Assembly: GCA_038320275.1 (NCBI GenBank)
Contig: JBBQEB010000079.1
Span: forward strand, 1-16,707
Direction: 5' to 3'
Origin: Myxococcales bacterium
Lineage (GTDB): Bacteria; Myxococcota; Myxococcia; Myxococcales; Anaeromyxobacteraceae
Length of the DNA stretch: 16,707 bases
In this document: in pieces, positions 1-9,329 of the stretch
Layout: the number at the start of each line of letters is the position of its first letter
Position numbering within the stretch: position 1 is the first letter of the stretch
Position numbers and translations under genes: made by a program
The notes under the pieces: generated by a model
The model's database searches: none
What the model saw: the letters and a program-made list of their open reading frames with translations, nothing else
What the model was told of the DNA's origin: nothing

Positions 1-648
1 CCGGCGCAGGTCGGCGGTGAGCGGCTCCATCGTCGCCTCAGGAGCCACGCCCGGCGCTTGAGGCTCGGCGCGCAAGGGCATGGGCTCCTGCACCGGCGCG
101 ACCGGCGGCGAGCTGACGAACACCGCCTGGAGCGGGCTTTCCGGCACGGTCGGTTCAAGCGCTTGAACCGACGCAGCAGACGGTTCGAGCTCGGCCCCGA
201 CCTGCTCCCGTACGGAACCCCGCGTGTCGATGCGCGTGACGAGGCCGCGCTTCGGAACCACCTTCGCCGGTCGGATCGCGGCGGCGATGTCCTTGGCCTC
301 GCGGCTGGAGGCGTGGAAGAAGCGGGGGATGATCTCGCCCTGGTTCGCGGGCGTAATCACCTTCGCCAGCTCCGCCAGGCTGGTGATGCACAGGCGACCA
401 TCGCGCAATGGATCGATGATCTCTGGATGGCTCCTCACGAGCTCCGCCGCCTGCGCGCGATAGAACGCCGCGCCCTTCGACAGGCCGAGCCCGCGATGGA
501 GGAAGTAGAAGAGGCTCGTGTAACCCAGCTCTACCCAGCATCGGCGCGCATCGAACGCGGAGAGCGCGAGGAGAAACTCCACCATCCCTTCGTGCTCACG
601 GCGGAGCAGCGATGCGAGGTGCAGGGAGAGCGAGCGTGCGTCGTTCAT
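1..648 (-). CDS. N-terminal part (runs off left edge) of a probable HNH endonuclease-family protein of the multicopy myxobacterial/DUF222-like type
   Basis: Hand translation from ATG 648 gives 216 open codons to position 1: MNDARSLSLHLASLLRREHEGMVEFLLALSAFDARRCWVELGYTSLFYFLHRGLGLSKGAAFYRAQAAELVRSHPEIIDPLRDGRLCITSLAELAKVITPANQGEIIPRFFHASSREAKDIAAAIRP..., a Pro/Ala/Glu linker, then ...EPLTADLRR. Absent from the ORF track because no stop lies in the window. Family recognised from memory of the LGYxSLF..LGLS.G.A..R and L.DGRL.ITS motifs; the HNH domain itself is outside the window. Confidence 0.75.
   Translation of the reverse strand, partial: MNDARSLSLHLASLLRREHEGMVEFLLALSAFDARRCWVELGYTSLFYFLHRGLGLSKGAAFYRAQAAELVRSHPEIIDPLRDGRLCITSLAELAKVITPANQGEIIPRFFHASSREAKDIAAAIRPAKVVPKRGLVTRIDTRGSVREQVGAELEPSAASVQALEPTVPESPLQAVFVSSPPVAPVQEPMPLRAEPQAPGVAPEATMEPLTADLRR
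149..172. repeat. Perfect 24-bp palindrome GTCGGTTCAAGCGCTTGAACCGAC inside the HNH-like ORF linker
   Basis: All 12 pairs checked by hand (g149-c172 to c160-g161). A near-identical half-site, CGGTTCGAGC, occurs at 181-190. Confidence 0.9.
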
Positions 649-677
649 GCATCGCAGCATCTCACGCCATACTGACA
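649..677 (-). promoter_or_regulatory. Putative PafBC/RecA-NDp-like promoter for a leaderless transcript
   Basis: Minus strand reads TGTCAG (677-672) - TATGGCGTGA (10 nt) - GATGCT (661-656) - GCGATGC (7 nt) - ATG (648). Geometry matches TGTCRG-N10-TANNNT with one mismatch in the -10. No SD. Confidence 0.45.
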
Positions 678-715
678 TTGCGCGTGATTGGGTTCTGAGG
701 GAGCCCGATGCCAAT

Positions 716-923
716 CGACCACGACCGCGACCCCGACTTCGACCCTCGAGCTCAAACTCGACCCGCGACCGCGACCACGACCTTCGACCCCGACCCCGAC
801 CCCGACCGCGACCGCGACCTTCGACCGCGACCTTCGACCGCGACCCCGACCACGACCACGACCCCCGACCGCGACCGCGACCTCGACTCGACCTCGACCT
901 TCGACCCCGACCTTCGACCCCGA
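716..923 (+). repeat. Intergenic degenerate tandem array (CGACCN)n, about 33 units
   Basis: Parses into 33 units (CGACCG/CGACCC/CGACCA/CGACCT and variants) plus a final CGA. Eight units are 7-mers (mostly CGACCTT) and one is a 5-mer, so no reading frame is preserved. Confidence 0.95.
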
Positions 924-924
924 T

Positions 925-936
925 TACATTCCTCGC
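925..936 (+). promoter_or_regulatory. Putative -10 element for a leaderless FKBP transcript
   Basis: TACATT (925-930, TANNNT), then 6 nt, then ATG 937. No SD-like sequence upstream. Confidence 0.4.
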
Positions 937-1260
937 ATGGCAAAGCCCAAGATCGAGGACGTCACCTCCGGCAAGGGGACGGAGGCGGTGCGCGGCAAGA
1001 CGGTGGAGGTGCACTACACCGGCTGGCTCACCGACGGGAAGAAGTTCGACTCGTCCGTGGGAGGTCAGCCCTTCACCTTCAGGCTGGGCGCCGGCGAGGT
1101 GATCGAGGGCTGGGACCGCGGCGTCGCCGGCATGAAGGTGGGCGGGAAGCGCAAGCTCACGCTCCCACCCGACCTGGGCTACGGCTCGGCTGGCGCGCCG
1201 CCGGACATCCCCGGCGACGCCACGCTGGTCTTCGAGGTGGAGCTGCTGGGGGTGTACTGA
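937..1260 (+). CDS. FKBP-type peptidyl-prolyl cis-trans isomerase (single domain, 107 aa)
   Basis: [45 protein letters not shown] and LVFEVELL motifs. Start placed at ATG 937 (MAKPKIED), not in the repeat-derived extension. Confidence 0.95.
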   Translation: MAKPKIEDVTSGKGTEAVRGKTVEVHYTGWLTDGKKFDSSVGGQPFTFRLGAGEVIEGWDRGVAGMKVGGKRKLTLPPDLGYGSAGAPPDIPGDATLVFEVELLGVY

Positions 1261-1304
1261 CGAAGGGAGCGCTCGCCCGGACGGCTCCGGCCGCGGGACG
1301 CCCG

Positions 1305-1985
1305 CTACCCCGGCGGGAGCGTGGGTGACACGGCGAAGGCCGAGGCGGCGGCGTGGCCGATGCCGACCTGCGCCGGTTCCCCCGCCGTCGCCAGCGTCCC
1401 CGCGGCCACCGGCTGCTTTCCGGCGGCGAGGCGAGCCGCGCGCCCGAGCAGCCAGCCCAAGCCGCAGGCCGCATCGCGCACGAAGAGCCACGGCGTGCGG
1501 ACGGAGAGGAGGGACGGGCTGTCCCCCACCCGCGCGGCGGCGTCGGGCGCGAGCGCCTTCACCCCGGCGCCGTGCGTGTAGACGAGCTCCCCGCCGAGCC
1601 ACGCGGTGAACATCGCCGCGCCCACGGCGGCGCCGCCCACTGCAGCGGACGTCGGGGTGGCGCGGTGGGTGCTGCGCCACATCGCGAGCCCCAGCGCGCC
1701 TCCCACGATGGCGAGGTTGCCGATGCCGTGCACCCACATGGCGTCCTGGGCGCGCGCCTCGTCGAGCTCGATCTCCTGCGAGGCCGCCATGCCGGCGAGC
1801 CCGGCAAAGAGCCCCGCCCCGGCGCCCATCCACCAGACCTTGCGGGCGATGGAGTCGAGGACGAGGCGGCCGACGAGCTTCTGCCCCGAGGCGACAGCCG
1901 CGATGTCGAGGAAGGCCGCGGCGGGCAGCAGGATGAGCGGGGCGTGGACGGTGCTGGGGTGAAGCTCGTGAAGCTGCATCGGCAT
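1305..1985 (-). CDS. DUF2231-family membrane protein
   Basis: LHPSTVHAPLILLP N-terminal motif, conserved-looking His in AMWVHGIGN, WLGGELVY, about 4 hydrophobic helices. GAGGT SD 5 nt before ATG 1985 (alternative start 1979). Confidence 0.75.
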   Translation of the reverse strand: MPMQLHELHPSTVHAPLILLPAAAFLDIAAVASGQKLVGRLVLDSIARKVWWMGAGAGLFAGLAGMAASQEIELDEARAQDAMWVHGIGNLAIVGGALGLAMWRSTHRATPTSAAVGGAAVGAAMFTAWLGGELVYTHGAGVKALAPDAAARVGDSPSLLSVRTPWLFVRDAACGLGWLLGRAARLAAGKQPVAAGTLATAGEPAQVGIGHAAASAFAVSPTLPPG

Positions 1986-2066
1986 CGATGACCTCGGCGG
2001 CGGGGAGGGGGGACCGCACACAAGGTGCGGTGCCACCTGCCCCGTTTCAAGCGGGACGGCGGCGGA

Positions 2067-3236
2067 TCACGCCCGGCCCACGCTCTCCGCGGGGCTCGCG
2101 CCCGCGCCGGCCGCGCTCGCGAGCACCGCCTCCAGCCCCTCGAAGATCTGCTTCACGCTCGGGAGGTGGTCCGCCGAGGTCTCCTCGATGCGGGTCACGC
2201 TCTGGCCCGTGTAGAACAGCCCGTGCGAGGTGTCGCCCTTCACCGCGGCGGCCAGGAGCGCGTCCGTGATGCAGAAGCTCTCCTTGTAGTTGCTGGCCCG
2301 GCACAGGCACAGCTCGGAGGCGAGGCACTCGATGCAGGCCTTCTTGCGGCCGAAGTAGCCGTCCTTGCCGTAGAACCAGGCTTTGGAGCGGGGAGGGAAG
2401 GGCTTGCCCGCTGCGAGCCCTTCCGTGAAGTCGTTCTTCACCGCGCGCGCCTGCATCCCCTTCACGCAGCTCACGATGAGGGTGACCTCCTCCGCGTCCT
2501 TCGAGAGGTGCATCTGCTTGAACGAAGGATGCGCATCGCCGTCGCTGCAGGCGAGGAAGCGCGTGGCGAGCTGAGCGCCTGACGCGCCGGCTGCGAACAG
2601 AGCCGGCAGATCTCGCCCGTCGATCCCTCCCGCGGCGATGACCGGAAGGGCAGAGTGCTCGAGGACCTCGCGCAGCAGGGCGGGCAACGGATGCCCCACG
2701 TCCCCGATGTGGCCTCCCGCTTCGGCACCTTCGGCCACCAGCAGCTCCGCGCCCCACTTCTCGTACATGGCGGCGAGCCTGCCGGAAGAGACGATGCCCA
2801 CGAACGGCACGCCCGCCTCGCGGCAGGTCCGCACCACGCTCCGAGAGATGCCCGCGCCCTGAACCACGAACGAGACACCCTCCTCGATGGACACGGCGAG
2901 GCTCTTCTCGAAGTCGACCTTGTTGATGGCGGCCATGAGGTTCACGCCCACGAAGCCGCTGGGCGCCTCGGCCCGCGCCCGCCGGATCTCGGCGCGCAGC
3001 ATGGCCTCGCTCTTCACGACCGCCGAGACGGTTCCCACGCCCACCAGCCGCGCGCCGCTGACCGCAGCCACCTTCCCCGCGAGGCCGTCGGAGGCGTGGA
3101 TGCCCATGGCGCCCTGCACGAGGAGCCGGCGCCCCGATCGGACGATTCCCTCCACCGCGGCGCGCGTGAGAGGTGGCGCGCGGTCGACGGGAGGGACGGG
3201 CGCTGCGACTTCACTCTGATTCACGTGGGGCTCCAT
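2067..3236 (-). CDS. Nitronate monooxygenase/FabK-superfamily FMN oxidoreductase, FabX/UfaA-like, with C-terminal Cys cluster
   Basis: VQGAMG, EGAEAGGHIG, VIAAGGI and GAQLATRF motifs, plus C-terminal CIECLASELCLC...FCITDAL...GLFYTG. Confidence 0.85.
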   Translation of the reverse strand: MEPHVNQSEVAAPVPPVDRAPPLTRAAVEGIVRSGRRLLVQGAMGIHASDGLAGKVAAVSGARLVGVGTVSAVVKSEAMLRAEIRRARAEAPSGFVGVNLMAAINKVDFEKSLAVSIEEGVSFVVQGAGISRSVVRTCREAGVPFVGIVSSGRLAAMYEKWGAELLVAEGAEAGGHIGDVGHPLPALLREVLEHSALPVIAAGGIDGRDLPALFAAGASGAQLATRFLACSDGDAHPSFKQMHLSKDAEEVTLIVSCVKGMQARAVKNDFTEGLAAGKPFPPRSKAWFYGKDGYFGRKKACIECLASELCLCRASNYKESFCITDALLAAAVKGDTSHGLFYTGQSVTRIEETSADHLPSVKQIFEGLEAVLASAAGAGASPAESVGRA

Positions 3237-3357
3237 GACGGCGAACCTAAGGCCGAGGTGTCACCGGTGGGTCACAGGACAGAATATCGCACCACAAAGG
3301 GGGGAAGGAACGCCGCGCCGCGGCAGCGCTTGCCGCCCCCCCACCTCGCGTCCCACA

Positions 3358-4122
3358 ATGCGCCGGGTGTTGCCGATCTTCAGCGCGCTCTTCTGGGCGT
3401 TCCTCGCGCTGACGCTCCCCTTCTTCTTCGTGGGAGCGCTCGCCGTGTTCCTCGTGACCGCCGCCTTCGACCGCCGACGCGTCGCGCTGCACCTCTACTC
3501 CTGCTTCTGGGCCCAGTTCTACATCTTCGCGAATCCGCTCTGGCGCGTGCGCGTCGAGGGCCGCTCGAAGCTGCCCTGGGAGGGCCCCGCGGTGCTGGTC
3601 GCGAATCATCTCTCGCTGATCGACATCATCGTGCTGTACGGGCTCTACAGCCCCTTCAAGTGGGTCTCCAAGGCCGAGGTCTTCCGCGTGCCGTTCATAG
3701 GCTGGAACATGCGCCTCAATGATTACGTGCCGCTGCGGCGCGGAGACCGGGAGTCGGTCCGCGAGATGGCCGAGCACTGCCAGCGCCACCTCGCCCGCGG
3801 CGCGCCGGTCCTCATCTTCCCGGAGGGTACCCGCTCGCGCGACGGCTCGCTCCAGCCTTTCAAGGACGGCGCCTTCCGCCTCGCCATGGAAGCCCGCTGC
3901 CCGGTGATCCCCATCGCCGTGCGCGGCACCGGCGATTCACTCCCCAAGCACGGGCTCGCGCTCCGCAAGCCGATGCGAGCGGTGGTGCAGGTCCTCGACC
4001 CCATCGATCCGGCGGCCTACGAGGACGTCGCGGCGCTGCGGGAGGCCACACGGGACGCCATCGCGGGAGCGCTCGGCCTCGAGCTCTCGGCGCCGGAAGC
4101 CCCCGCTCGCACCAGCGGTTGA
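3358..4122 (+). CDS. plsC: 1-acyl-sn-glycerol-3-phosphate (lysophospholipid) acyltransferase
   Basis: NHLSLID (HX4D) and IFPEGTRS motifs, N-terminal hydrophobic segment. Start ATG 3358 or GTG 3367. Confidence 0.88.
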   Translation: MRRVLPIFSALFWAFLALTLPFFFVGALAVFLVTAAFDRRRVALHLYSCFWAQFYIFANPLWRVRVEGRSKLPWEGPAVLVANHLSLIDIIVLYGLYSPFKWVSKAEVFRVPFIGWNMRLNDYVPLRRGDRESVREMAEHCQRHLARGAPVLIFPEGTRSRDGSLQPFKDGAFRLAMEARCPVIPIAVRGTGDSLPKHGLALRKPMRAVVQVLDPIDPAAYEDVAALREATRDAIAGALGLELSAPEAPARTSG

Positions 4123-4208
4123 GCCCCCGCCGGCCGAGCCGTTCCAGACGGCAGACCCGTGCATCGAAACCTTGCGACATCCGCGGGGAGGGCCTGGCCC
4201 TTCTCCCA

Positions 4209-5408
4209 TCACCCGACCTCGAACACGTCCGCGAAGATGATCTCGTCCGCGCGGGCCCGGATGGCCTCGAGCAGCTCCGGCGGCGGCCGCTCGTCGAGCT
4301 CGATGACGCAGCAGGCGGCCGCGGCCTCCTGGAACACCGTGTTCTCGATCCGCTGGGCGTTGATGCCTGCCTCCCGCACCGCCCCCAGCACGTTCGCGAG
4401 CACGCCCACCCGATCCTGGTGGCGCACCACCAGCCGGCAGCGCGCCGGCGCCCGTTGCACGTTCACGCAGTTCGGCACCTCGCCCGAACGCACGAAGGCG
4501 GAGAGGATGCGCACCGTCTCTCGGGCGATGGCGTCCTGCGCCTGGTCGGTGGACGCGCCGATGTGGTGCGTGCCGTAGACGTTCGGGAGGGCGGTGAGCG
4601 CAGTCCGCAGCTCGCCCGTGCCGCCCTCCGGCTCCCCGGAGTGCACGTCGAGCCCCACCCGGATCCGGCCGCTCTTCGCCACCTCCAGCAGCGCCGCCTC
4701 GTCCACCACCTCCGCCCGGGCCGTGTTCACGAAGATCGATCCGGGCCGCAGGGCTTCGAGCACCTCGCGGTCCACCAGCCCCCGGGTCTCCGCCGTCAGC
4801 GGCAGGTGCACGGAGAGCACGTCCACCCGCGAGGCCAGCTGGGCCGGGCTCTCCGCGCGCAGGACGCCCAGCGCCTGCGCGCCCGCGGCGTCGAGCGAGC
4901 GCGACCAGGCGCGGACGCGCATGCCCAGCCCGCGCGCCCGCGCCGCCGTCGCGCGCCCGATGGCGCCCAGCCCGAGGCATCCGAGATCGCGCTCGAAGAG
5001 CCCGCGCGCGGACGAGAAGCCCTTCTTGTCCCATCGGCCCTCCCGGAGGGCCTGGACGTTGTCCGGGATCCGGCGGTCGAGGGCCAGCACGAGGCCGATG
5101 GCGAGCTCCGCGACCGCGATGGCGTTGCCGCCGGGGCAGTTCGCCACGTACACGCCGTGGCGGGACGCGGCCGCCACGTCGATGGTGTTCGTGCCGGCCC
5201 CGGCGCGGATCACGAGTGAAAGGGCGGTGCCGGCGGCGAAGACGTCCGCGGGAACCTTCTTGGATCGCACGATCAGGACCGAGGCGCCCCCCACCGCGCC
5301 CGCCAGGTCGCTCGACCCGAGCCCGGGCCGATGGTCCACCTCCAGTCCCAGGGCCGCGATGTCGGCCAGCCTGTCCTCGGGGAACGCGTCGGCGATCAGT
5401 ACCTTCAC
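4209..5408 (-). CDS. D-3-phosphoglycerate dehydrogenase-like D-2-hydroxyacid dehydrogenase with C-terminal ACT domain
   Basis: RAGAGTNTID, GLGAIG, VNTARAEVVD, DVHSGEP and HHIGAST motifs; ACT-like HQDRVGVLANV. GTG start 5408 with GGAGGA SD at 5420-5415. Confidence 0.88.
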   Translation of the reverse strand: MKVLIADAFPEDRLADIAALGLEVDHRPGLGSSDLAGAVGGASVLIVRSKKVPADVFAAGTALSLVIRAGAGTNTIDVAAASRHGVYVANCPGGNAIAVAELAIGLVLALDRRIPDNVQALREGRWDKKGFSSARGLFERDLGCLGLGAIGRATAARARGLGMRVRAWSRSLDAAGAQALGVLRAESPAQLASRVDVLSVHLPLTAETRGLVDREVLEALRPGSIFVNTARAEVVDEAALLEVAKSGRIRVGLDVHSGEPEGGTGELRTALTALPNVYGTHHIGASTDQAQDAIARETVRILSAFVRSGEVPNCVNVQRAPARCRLVVRHQDRVGVLANVLGAVREAGINAQRIENTVFQEAAAACCVIELDERPPPELLEAIRARADEIIFADVFEVG

Positions 5409-5552
5409 GATTCGTCCTCCTGGGCGACGCGCGCGAGTCACCAACGGTCACGCGCGGTGCTGCTCGCCCCCCATCAGTAGTCGCCCGCGGGACAGGCGCC
5501 GCGCCATCGCCGGCTGACGCACGGCGTCGCGAAAATGGAGCGCACCCGGCGC

Positions 5553-5581
5553 TTGATGCTCCGGGGAGGTGCGGCTATCGT
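5553..5581 (+). promoter_or_regulatory. Putative sigma70-type promoter of the carboxylase/mutase operon
   Basis: TTGATG (5553-5558) - 17 nt - TATCGT (5576-5581), about 50 nt upstream of ATG 5631. Confidence 0.45.
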
Positions 5582-5630
5582 GGCCGCCCCCGCATCACTT
5601 TTTCCTCATCCATGCAGCGCGGAGGATCGC

Positions 5631-7169
5631 ATGAGCGATCGCAAGCCCATCCGGAAGGTGCTCGTCGCGAACCGCGGCGAGATCGCGGTACGCGTGATGC
5701 GGACCTGCCGTGAAATGGGCATCAAGACCGTCGCGGTGTACTCCGACGCGGACCGCGGCTCCCTCCACGTCCGCTTCGCCGACGAGGCGGTCCACATCGG
5801 GCCGCCGCCGTCGCGCGAGAGCTACCTCGTGATGGACAAGATCCTGGGCGCGGCGCGCGCCACCGGTGCGGACGCCATCCACCCTGGGTACGGCTTCCTC
5901 TCCGAGAAGGCGGAGTTCGCCCGGGCGCTCGACACCGCCGGGATCACCTTCATCGGGCCGCGCGCCGAGTCGATGGACGCGATGGGCGTGAAGACCACCG
6001 CCCGCAAGAACATGGCGGATGCGGGCGTGCCCACCGTCCCTGGGTCGCCCGCGCCCATCTCCGACGAGAACGAGGCCAGGGCCTACTCCGACTCCATCGG
6101 TTACCCGGTCATGATCAAGGCCGCGGCCGGCGGCGGCGGCAAGGGCATGAAGAAGTGCGAGCGCTCCGAGGACTTCCTCTCGATGTGGCAGAGCGCGAAG
6201 CGCGAGGCGGGCAGCGCCTTCGGCGACGACCGCATGTACATCGAGAAGTTCCTGGAGAAGCCGCGGCACGTCGAGATCCAGGTCTTCGCCGACGAGTACG
6301 GGAACACCATCTTCCTCGGCGAGCGCGAGTGCTCGGTGCAGCGCCGCCAGCAGAAGGTCATCGAGGAGAGCCCGTCCTGCATCCTCGACGACAAGATGCG
6401 CAACGCCATGGGTGAAGTGGCGGTGCGCGCCGCCAAGGCAGTGCGCTACCGCGGCGCAGGCACGGTCGAGTTCCTCGTCGACGCGCACCGGAACTTCTAC
6501 TTTCTCGAGATGAACACCCGGCTCCAGGTGGAGCATCCGGTGACCGAGATGTGCACCGGGCTCGACCTCGTGCGCATGCAGATCGAGGTGGCCCAGGGCG
6601 AGAAGCTCGCCATCGCGCAGGAGCAGGTGGTCCGGCGCGGGCACGCCATCGAGGCGCGCGTCTACGCCGAGGACCCGGCCAGGAACTTCATGCCCAGCCC
6701 CGGGCGCATCAGCTACCTGCGCGTCCCGGCCGGCCCGGGCATCCGCGACGACTCCGGCGTCTACACGGGGTGGGTGGTCCCGCAGTTCTACGACCCCATG
6801 ATCTCGAAGCTGCTCGCCTGGGCGCCCACCCGCGAGTACGCCATCGAGCGGCTGAAGCGCGCCCTCGGCGAGTACACGGTGCACGGCATCACCGTGAACC
6901 TCCAGTACCTGAGAGCCGTGCTCGATCACCCCGCGTTCCGGTCCGGCGAGTACGACACCGGCTTCTGCGGCAAGTTCGAGAAGGAGCTCCTGGTGAAGCC
7001 CGACCCCCGCTACGAGCACGTCGCGCTCATCGCAGCGGCGGTGGCGGCCTACAGGCGCGATCATGACGCAGCGGAGGCCTCGGCGGCGCGCGCCGGGCAG
7101 ACGGCTGCGCCGCGTTCCAACTGGCAGCGGCTCGGGCGCGCCCGGTCGCTGCGCGGGAGCATTCGATGA
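5631..7169 (+). CDS. accC: Acyl-CoA (acetyl/propionyl-CoA) carboxylase, biotin carboxylase subunit
   Basis: [42 protein letters not shown] and [14 protein letters not shown] motifs. GGAGGA SD at 5621-5626. Confidence 0.95.
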   Translation: MSDRKPIRKVLVANRGEIAVRVMRTCREMGIKTVAVYSDADRGSLHVRFADEAVHIGPPPSRESYLVMDKILGAARATGADAIHPGYGFLSEKAEFARALDTAGITFIGPRAESMDAMGVKTTARKNMADAGVPTVPGSPAPISDENEARAYSDSIGYPVMIKAAAGGGGKGMKKCERSEDFLSMWQSAKREAGSAFGDDRMYIEKFLEKPRHVEIQVFADEYGNTIFLGERECSVQRRQQKVIEESPSCILDDKMRNAMGEVAVRAAKAVRYRGAGTVEFLVDAHRNFYFLEMNTRLQVEHPVTEMCTGLDLVRMQIEVAQGEKLAIAQEQVVRRGHAIEARVYAEDPARNFMPSPGRISYLRVPAGPGIRDDSGVYTGWVVPQFYDPMISKLLAWAPTREYAIERLKRALGEYTVHGITVNLQYLRAVLDHPAFRSGEYDTGFCGKFEKELLVKPDPRYEHVALIAAAVAAYRRDHDAAEASAARAGQTAAPRSNWQRLGRARSLRGSIR

Positions 7170-7678
7170 CCACGTACGTGGCGCTGCTGGACGGTGGACG
7201 TCGCGAGGAGACGATCGACGTGACGCCGGAGGGACCGGGCGTGTACCGGGTCGAGATGGGAGGCGAAGTGCACCAGGTGGACGCCTTCCGCCACGACTAC
7301 GGCACCGTGAGCCTGCTCGTCGACACGGCGAGCTATTCGGTGCAGCTCGACGCCGGCGACTCGGAGGTGAAGGCGTACATCCGCGGCTCGGCCTACCCGC
7401 TGGAGATCCTCGACGAGCGTCGCTTGCGGATGCGGCGCGCGGCCGGCAAGTTCACCGTCGAAGGCAAGCAGACGTTGACGGCGCCGATGCCGGGCAAGGT
7501 GGTGAAGGTGCTCGTCAAGGTGGGGGACGAGGTGAAGGAGGGGCAGGGCCTCGTCGTCATCGAGGCCATGAAGATGGAGAACGAGATGAAGAGCCCGAAG
7601 GACGGGAAGATCGTGGAGCTCGCGGTGGTGGAAGGTCAGGCAGTCGAGGGCGGCGCGAAGCTCGCCGCCGTGGAGTGA
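7166..7678 (+). CDS. Biotin carboxyl carrier protein (biotin/lipoyl attachment domain with N-terminal BT-like region)
   Basis: APMPGKV...IEAMKMENE biotinylation motif; ATGA overlap with the upstream gene. Confidence 0.93.
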   Translation: MTTYVALLDGGRREETIDVTPEGPGVYRVEMGGEVHQVDAFRHDYGTVSLLVDTASYSVQLDAGDSEVKAYIRGSAYPLEILDERRLRMRRAAGKFTVEGKQTLTAPMPGKVVKVLVKVGDEVKEGQGLVVIEAMKMENEMKSPKDGKIVELAVVEGQAVEGGAKLAAVE

Positions 7679-7680
7679 GC

Positions 7681-9324
<1,644 letters not shown>

Positions 9325-9329
9325 CCCTT

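Noticed and set aside
58..675. 205-aa + strand ORF, and the 155..541 minus ORF
   Set aside because: Antisense and off-frame shadows of the minus-strand gene starting at 648; no recognisable motifs.
716..923. Possible CRISPR or guide-RNA array
   Set aside because: Units are 5-7 nt with no unique spacers, and no cas genes are in the window.
647..1328. Three overlapping + ORFs through the repeat, including a Thr/Pro N-terminal extension of FKBP from 688
   Set aside because: The CGACC array has no stops in any + frame, and its 7-nt and 5-nt units show no frame selection. FKBP homology begins at ATG 937.
4123..4208. Short hairpins between convergent plsC and serA-like genes (GCCGT-N5-ACGGC; GGGAGGGCC/GGCCCTTCTCCC)
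   Set aside because: Short or imperfect stems without a U-tract in very GC-rich DNA; not supportable as terminators.
7063..7680. Apparent 753-aa mutase with long N-terminal extension
   Set aside because: The extension overlaps the biotin-carrier gene in another frame and is Arg/Gly-rich GC noise.
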